From positions 316,180 through 380,179 of the forward strand of contig CBDAQV010000001.1 of the NCBI GenBank assembly GCA_965199265.1: a DNA stretch of 64,000 nt. The letters are read 5' to 3'. Made by a program: the position numbers and the translations under genes. Source of the stretch: Alphaproteobacteria bacterium. GTDB taxonomy: Bacteria > Pseudomonadota > Alphaproteobacteria > CALMVH01. The notes beneath the pieces are model-generated. The model searched no databases, was not told the DNA's origin, and saw only the letters and a program-made list of their open reading frames with translations. Each line of letters begins with the position of its first letter. The first letter of the stretch is position 1. Shown piece after piece: positions 60,544-64,000 of the stretch.

Positions 60544-63081
60544 TTACCAGCTGATCTTCACGCCGACTTCCACCGTGTGATCCAGCTCGTGCGTCCGCAC
60601 GGCAGCGTCGTAGCCGATGCTGGCGGTCAAGTTGCCCGGGAACGCGGCGGTCAGGCCCGCGCCGGCAAGGGCGGCGTCGCGCCCGGGATGGACGCCCGAG
60701 ATGCGGAACCCCGCCGCCGGCGCGCCGACGAAGTTCTCCGTCAGGGGCTGGTTTACGTCCATGAAGTCGTGCAGGTAGCTGGCGCGCAGTTCCGGGGTCA
60801 GGACCGTGCCGTTGCCGGTGGTCACCTTCAGGGTGGCGCGCGCCCCGGCGGTTGAGCGCAGCGCGTTCAGCGTGTCGCGGTTGACGACAAGGTTCAAGCC
60901 CGTCGCAGGCGAGCCGCCGGTGCTGTACGAGCTTTGACTGATGTTGTCGTACTCGACCCCGACGCGCGGCGCAATCCGCAAGGCTCCGTCGACAAGATCC
61001 TGCCGCACGTCGAAACCGTGGCTGAGGCCTGCCTCGGCGGTGACTTCGTCTCCGCTGTGCCGCGAGTCCTGCACTACCGTGGCGGCGGATGTCGTCGCGA
61101 ACTCGTTGTCGCGATACTGGTTGAAGGCGTAGCCGACCGCCGCGTCCAGGACCAGCGGCACGGGCTGCAGGTTCTGGCTGGCATAGGCGGTCAGGCGGTA
61201 CGTGTCGATATCGTTGCCTTCGCCCGACACGCCCGAAAGATTGAAATCGGTATGCTCGTAGCCGATTGCCGCGCCGACCAGCGTGCTGTCGGTGACCTTG
61301 GCATCCACTCCTGCCACAATGCCGCCCGTACCGTATTGGAAGTTTGCAAACCCAGTTTCGCCGCCTGCCTCGCCCAGCACGCCGTAGCCGTGTACCCAGA
61401 CGCTGGGCTGGTCAGCGGTCACGATCGCCGGCTCGCCGCCCGTGCCGAACAGCGGCAGGTCCGTGTCGTTCATCGCCACGTCGAACGTGCCGGGCAGGCC
61501 GGTGTTGGCCTCCGTTCCGCCGCTGACGCCTTGGCGATGATCCATGCGCTGGACGATGAAGTTCTGGAAGCTTGTCAGGTTCGCAAGGTCGATGGTCGCG
61601 ATGTCCGCCCGCAGCTCGCCCGCAAGCCCGTCGAGCGCGGTGCGCTGCGCGGCATTGCCCGAAGCGACGATCGGCAGCAAGCCGCGCAACATGTTGGAGG
61701 TGGTCGAAGGAACGATCGAGGCGATGGCGCCCGCGATGTTGGACTCGTCGGGCGTTAACCCCCCTTGCGCAAACGCTTGGCGCACGAGGGCCTGCACGCC
61801 CTGCAGTCCGGTGATCGCGCCCGACGCGGTCGGCGTTGCGGTCGTCCCGGCAGAAACTGAAGCAGGCTCTCCGGAAACCGGAGTGTTGGATGTCGGGTTT
61901 TGCGGCGCAACGGTCAGCAGGTCAACCTGGTTCGGCAGGTACTGGGCAAGGAAAAAGACATTGGCGTTTGAAGCCACCTCCGTGCTGGCGAACGTTCCGG
62001 CGACACCGCTGCCGGCGGTCAGAACGGGATAGATCCTGCCTGTCGCATAGGCACCGGCCGCGGGCGTGACGAGGATGGTTCCGCCGATGGTTGCGGAACC
62101 GCCAACAGACAGCAGGCTGGCCGATTGCGGGGTGACAGCAACGGCAAGCGTGCCAAGCGCGCCTTGCGTGTAGTTTCCGTTAACGCTGAGCGTGCCAACC
62201 GAAAAGCCGGCTCCCGGCTGGACGACGCCGCTGCTCGCCACGTTCCCGGTGATCGCGCCGTTGCCGAGCAGCATGCCGCCGGATTGCACCGCGACCGAAC
62301 CGGCCAGCGAGGCGAGCGGGTGCGCAGCATCGCCGACCTGCAGCATGCCGCCAGACACCGTGGTGCCGCCGCTGTACGTGTTCTGCCCGTCAAGGGTCAG
62401 TAGGCCGTTGCCGATCTTGCCCAGCGATCCCGGACCCGTGCCATCGCCGATAGCGGTCGTGACCACGACGTTGTTGCCGGCCGTGTCGAACGTGCCGCCG
62501 CTGGCGTTGATTGCGATGGGCTCCGCCAGCGTCATCGAGGCGGTGGTTTGCAGCGTACCGCCGTCGAACAACAGGCCTGTGAATGTATGCGAGTCGTTGA
62601 AGTTGTCCGGGCTGGATATCGACAGGGCGCCCTGATTGACGATCGTCAGGCCGGTATAGAGGTTGGCGCCCGACAGCGTCAGCGTGCCTAGCCCCGTCTT
62701 GACCAGCGGGCCGGTCTGCGGTCCGGGCGAAAGCGAAAGGCCTTTGAAATCGGAAACCGTGCCGGACAGGGTGACATTGTTTCCGTTTGTGTCGAAGGTG
62801 CCGCCGCCGCTCGCCAATGCGACCGGTTCCACAAGGGTCAGCGGCGCCAAGGCGCGCAGCGTTCCCGCGGCAAGCGTCAGGCTGGCGCCGGGCTCGGCGT
62901 CTGCGACATCCGATGGGCTCGTGACGGCCAGGACGTTTCCGCTGACAGTCGTACCGCTTGCGGCAGTGTCCGACCACGCCGGGGAGGCCAGGGACCCGGC
63001 AAGGCAGAGCGCGGTAGCCGTCAGCAGGATGGAACGCAGGGAGGCGGCCCGCACAGTTCCCGACAAATTAAGTTCTTTCAT
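60544..63081 (-). CDS. Autotransporter (type Va) with a Gly/Thr-rich passenger and C-terminal beta-barrel
   Basis: A signal peptide is followed by repetitive GTL/TLSG beta-helix-like repeats. The C-terminus has a barrel ending in …VGVKISW. Confidence 0.8.
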   Translation of the reverse strand: MKELNLSGTVRAASLRSILLTATALCLAGSLASPAWSDTAASGTTVSGNVLAVTSPSDVADAEPGASLTLAAGTLRALAPLTLVEPVALASGGGTFDTNGNNVTLSGTVSDFKGLSLSPGPQTGPLVKTGLGTLTLSGANLYTGLTIVNQGALSISSPDNFNDSHTFTGLLFDGGTLQTTASMTLAEPIAINASGGTFDTAGNNVVVTTAIGDGTGPGSLGKIGNGLLTLDGQNTYSGGTTVSGGMLQVGDAAHPLASLAGSVAVQSGGMLLGNGAITGNVASSGVVQPGAGFSVGTLSVNGNYTQGALGTLAVAVTPQSASLLSVGGSATIGGTILVTPAAGAYATGRIYPVLTAGSGVAGTFASTEVASNANVFFLAQYLPNQVDLLTVAPQNPTSNTPVSGEPASVSAGTTATPTASGAITGLQGVQALVRQAFAQGGLTPDESNIAGAIASIVPSTTSNMLRGLLPIVASGNAAQRTALDGLAGELRADIATIDLANLTSFQNFIVQRMDHRQGVSGGTEANTGLPGTFDVAMNDTDLPLFGTGGEPAIVTADQPSVWVHGYGVLGEAGGETGFANFQYGTGGIVAGVDAKVTDSTLVGAAIGYEHTDFNLSGVSGEGNDIDTYRLTAYASQNLQPVPLVLDAAVGYAFNQYRDNEFATTSAATVVQDSRHSGDEVTAEAGLSHGFDVRQDLVDGALRIAPRVGVEYDNISQSSYSTGGSPATGLNLVVNRDTLNALRSTAGARATLKVTTGNGTVLTPELRASYLHDFMDVNQPLTENFVGAPAAGFRISGVHPGRDAALAGAGLTAAFPGNLTASIGYDAAVRTHELDHTVEVGVKISW

Positions 63082-63320
63082 TTATCGCTCCTTAAACTGC
63101 GTTTCTTTTAAGTAATTTGATGTACTTTGTCTACAGTTTTTAGTGGTTAATAGATCAGGCTCGTTATGAATGAATGATCTTGGTTAAAAATCCTGCTTCC
63201 GATCGACATTGTCGATTCTATAGTTGAAAGCATGAAATCTCGCTGTTTCCCCGGATCGGTTTACGATGGCGCCATGATTTACACCGCCCTGCCATCCGCC
63301 TTCGCTGCGGCGATTCGCGC

Positions 63321-64000
63321 GTGAGCCGTTTTCTCGTCACCGGCGGCGCCGGGTTCATCGGCACTCACCTGGTGCGCGCGTTGCTGGGCGAGGGACACGA
63401 TGTCCGCGTGCTGGATGATCTTTCCAGCGGAAAAGCCGCAACCTTGCCGCCTGGGACGGAGCTTGTGATCGGTTCGGTGACCGACGAGGCCTTGGTCGGC
63501 CAGGCTTTGGAAGGATGCGACGGCTGTTTTCACCTTGCCGCCATAGCCTCGGTCGAGCGCTGCGCCCGGGACTGGGCCATTTCACATTCGGTCAACCTCA
63601 CGGGGCTGATCCGCGTCTTCGAAGCCGCACGCCCCACGCCGGCGCGAAGGGCCGTTCCGGTCATCTACGTTTCGTCGGCAGCGGTCTACGGCGACAACCC
63701 GGCCGTCCCCCTGGACGAAACGTCCGCCCTGTCGCCGATCTCGGCCTACGGCGCGGACAAGCTGGGCTGCGAATTGCACGCGAGGGTGGCGCATCTGGCT
63801 TACGGCATACCGTCCATCGGGTTTCGCCCGTTCAACGTCTACGGGCCGGGCCAGGATGCAGGCTCGCCCTACTCAGGCGTGATCTCGATTTTCGCCGAAC
63901 GCCTGCGCTCGGGGCGGGACCTCACGGTTTTCGGCGACGGCGGGCAGACAAGGGATTTCGTCGCCGTGGCGGATGTCGTCGAATGCCTGAAACGGGGTAT
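63321..64000 (+). CDS. NAD-dependent epimerase/dehydratase (UDP-glucose 4-epimerase-like), with the 3' end beyond the window
   Basis: A GTG start is followed by FLVTGGAGFIGTHLV and …YVSSAAVYG…YGADKL…. It is not in the ORF track, which requires a Met. Confidence 0.75.
   Translation, partial: MSRFLVTGGAGFIGTHLVRALLGEGHDVRVLDDLSSGKAATLPPGTELVIGSVTDEALVGQALEGCDGCFHLAAIASVERCARDWAISHSVNLTGLIRVFEAARPTPARRAVPVIYVSSAAVYGDNPAVPLDETSALSPISAYGADKLGCELHARVAHLAYGIPSIGFRPFNVYGPGQDAGSPYSGVISIFAERLRSGRDLTVFGDGGQTRDFVAVADVVECLKRG

Overview
This is a high-GC (about 65% by eye) alphaproteobacterial chromosome segment, probably Sphingomonadaceae-like, and it is dominated by housekeeping genes. These include histidine biosynthesis genes (hisA partial, hisD, hisN-like, hisB), hslVU, rpmH-rnpA-yidD, clpS-clpA, rpmI-rplT-pheS with pheT displaced, uvrB, tamAB, lpxA, one tRNA-Ser(CGA) and assorted stress genes (truncated haemoglobin, Mn-catalase, catalase-related protein, CsbD, Spy-like, aldo-keto reductases, TspO). 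I found no rRNA, CRISPR array, integrase or transposase.

The most unusual content is a roughly 1.8 kb, visibly low-GC island between the hslU terminator and a truncated-haemoglobin gene. It encodes a divergent DGQHR/DndB-like (ParB/Srx-fold) protein with a DGLGR variant motif, plus a small helix-turn-helix (HTH) protein.

Other notable observations:
- A dispersed family of short palindromic MITE/REP-like elements with GTCATYCC...GGRATGAC termini at six or more intergenic sites, several of them at operon break points.
- A translationally coupled three-gene cassette: a weakly S24/UmuD-like protein, an unknown protein and an ICMT-family membrane methyltransferase.
- A pheS/pheT operon split by a TetR plus aldo-keto-reductase insertion.
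- Two apparent -1 homopolymer frameshifts, one in the clpA 3' end and one in an OmpR-type response regulator.
- A 963-aa sensor kinase with two complete kinase cores.
- A sigma-70-family factor with an unexplained 150-aa N-terminal extension next to tRNA-Ser.
- A 650-aa conserved hypothetical protein coupled to an orphan TRAP DctP-like binding protein.

All calls were made by eye from the six-frame translations and the DNA; no database searches were run.
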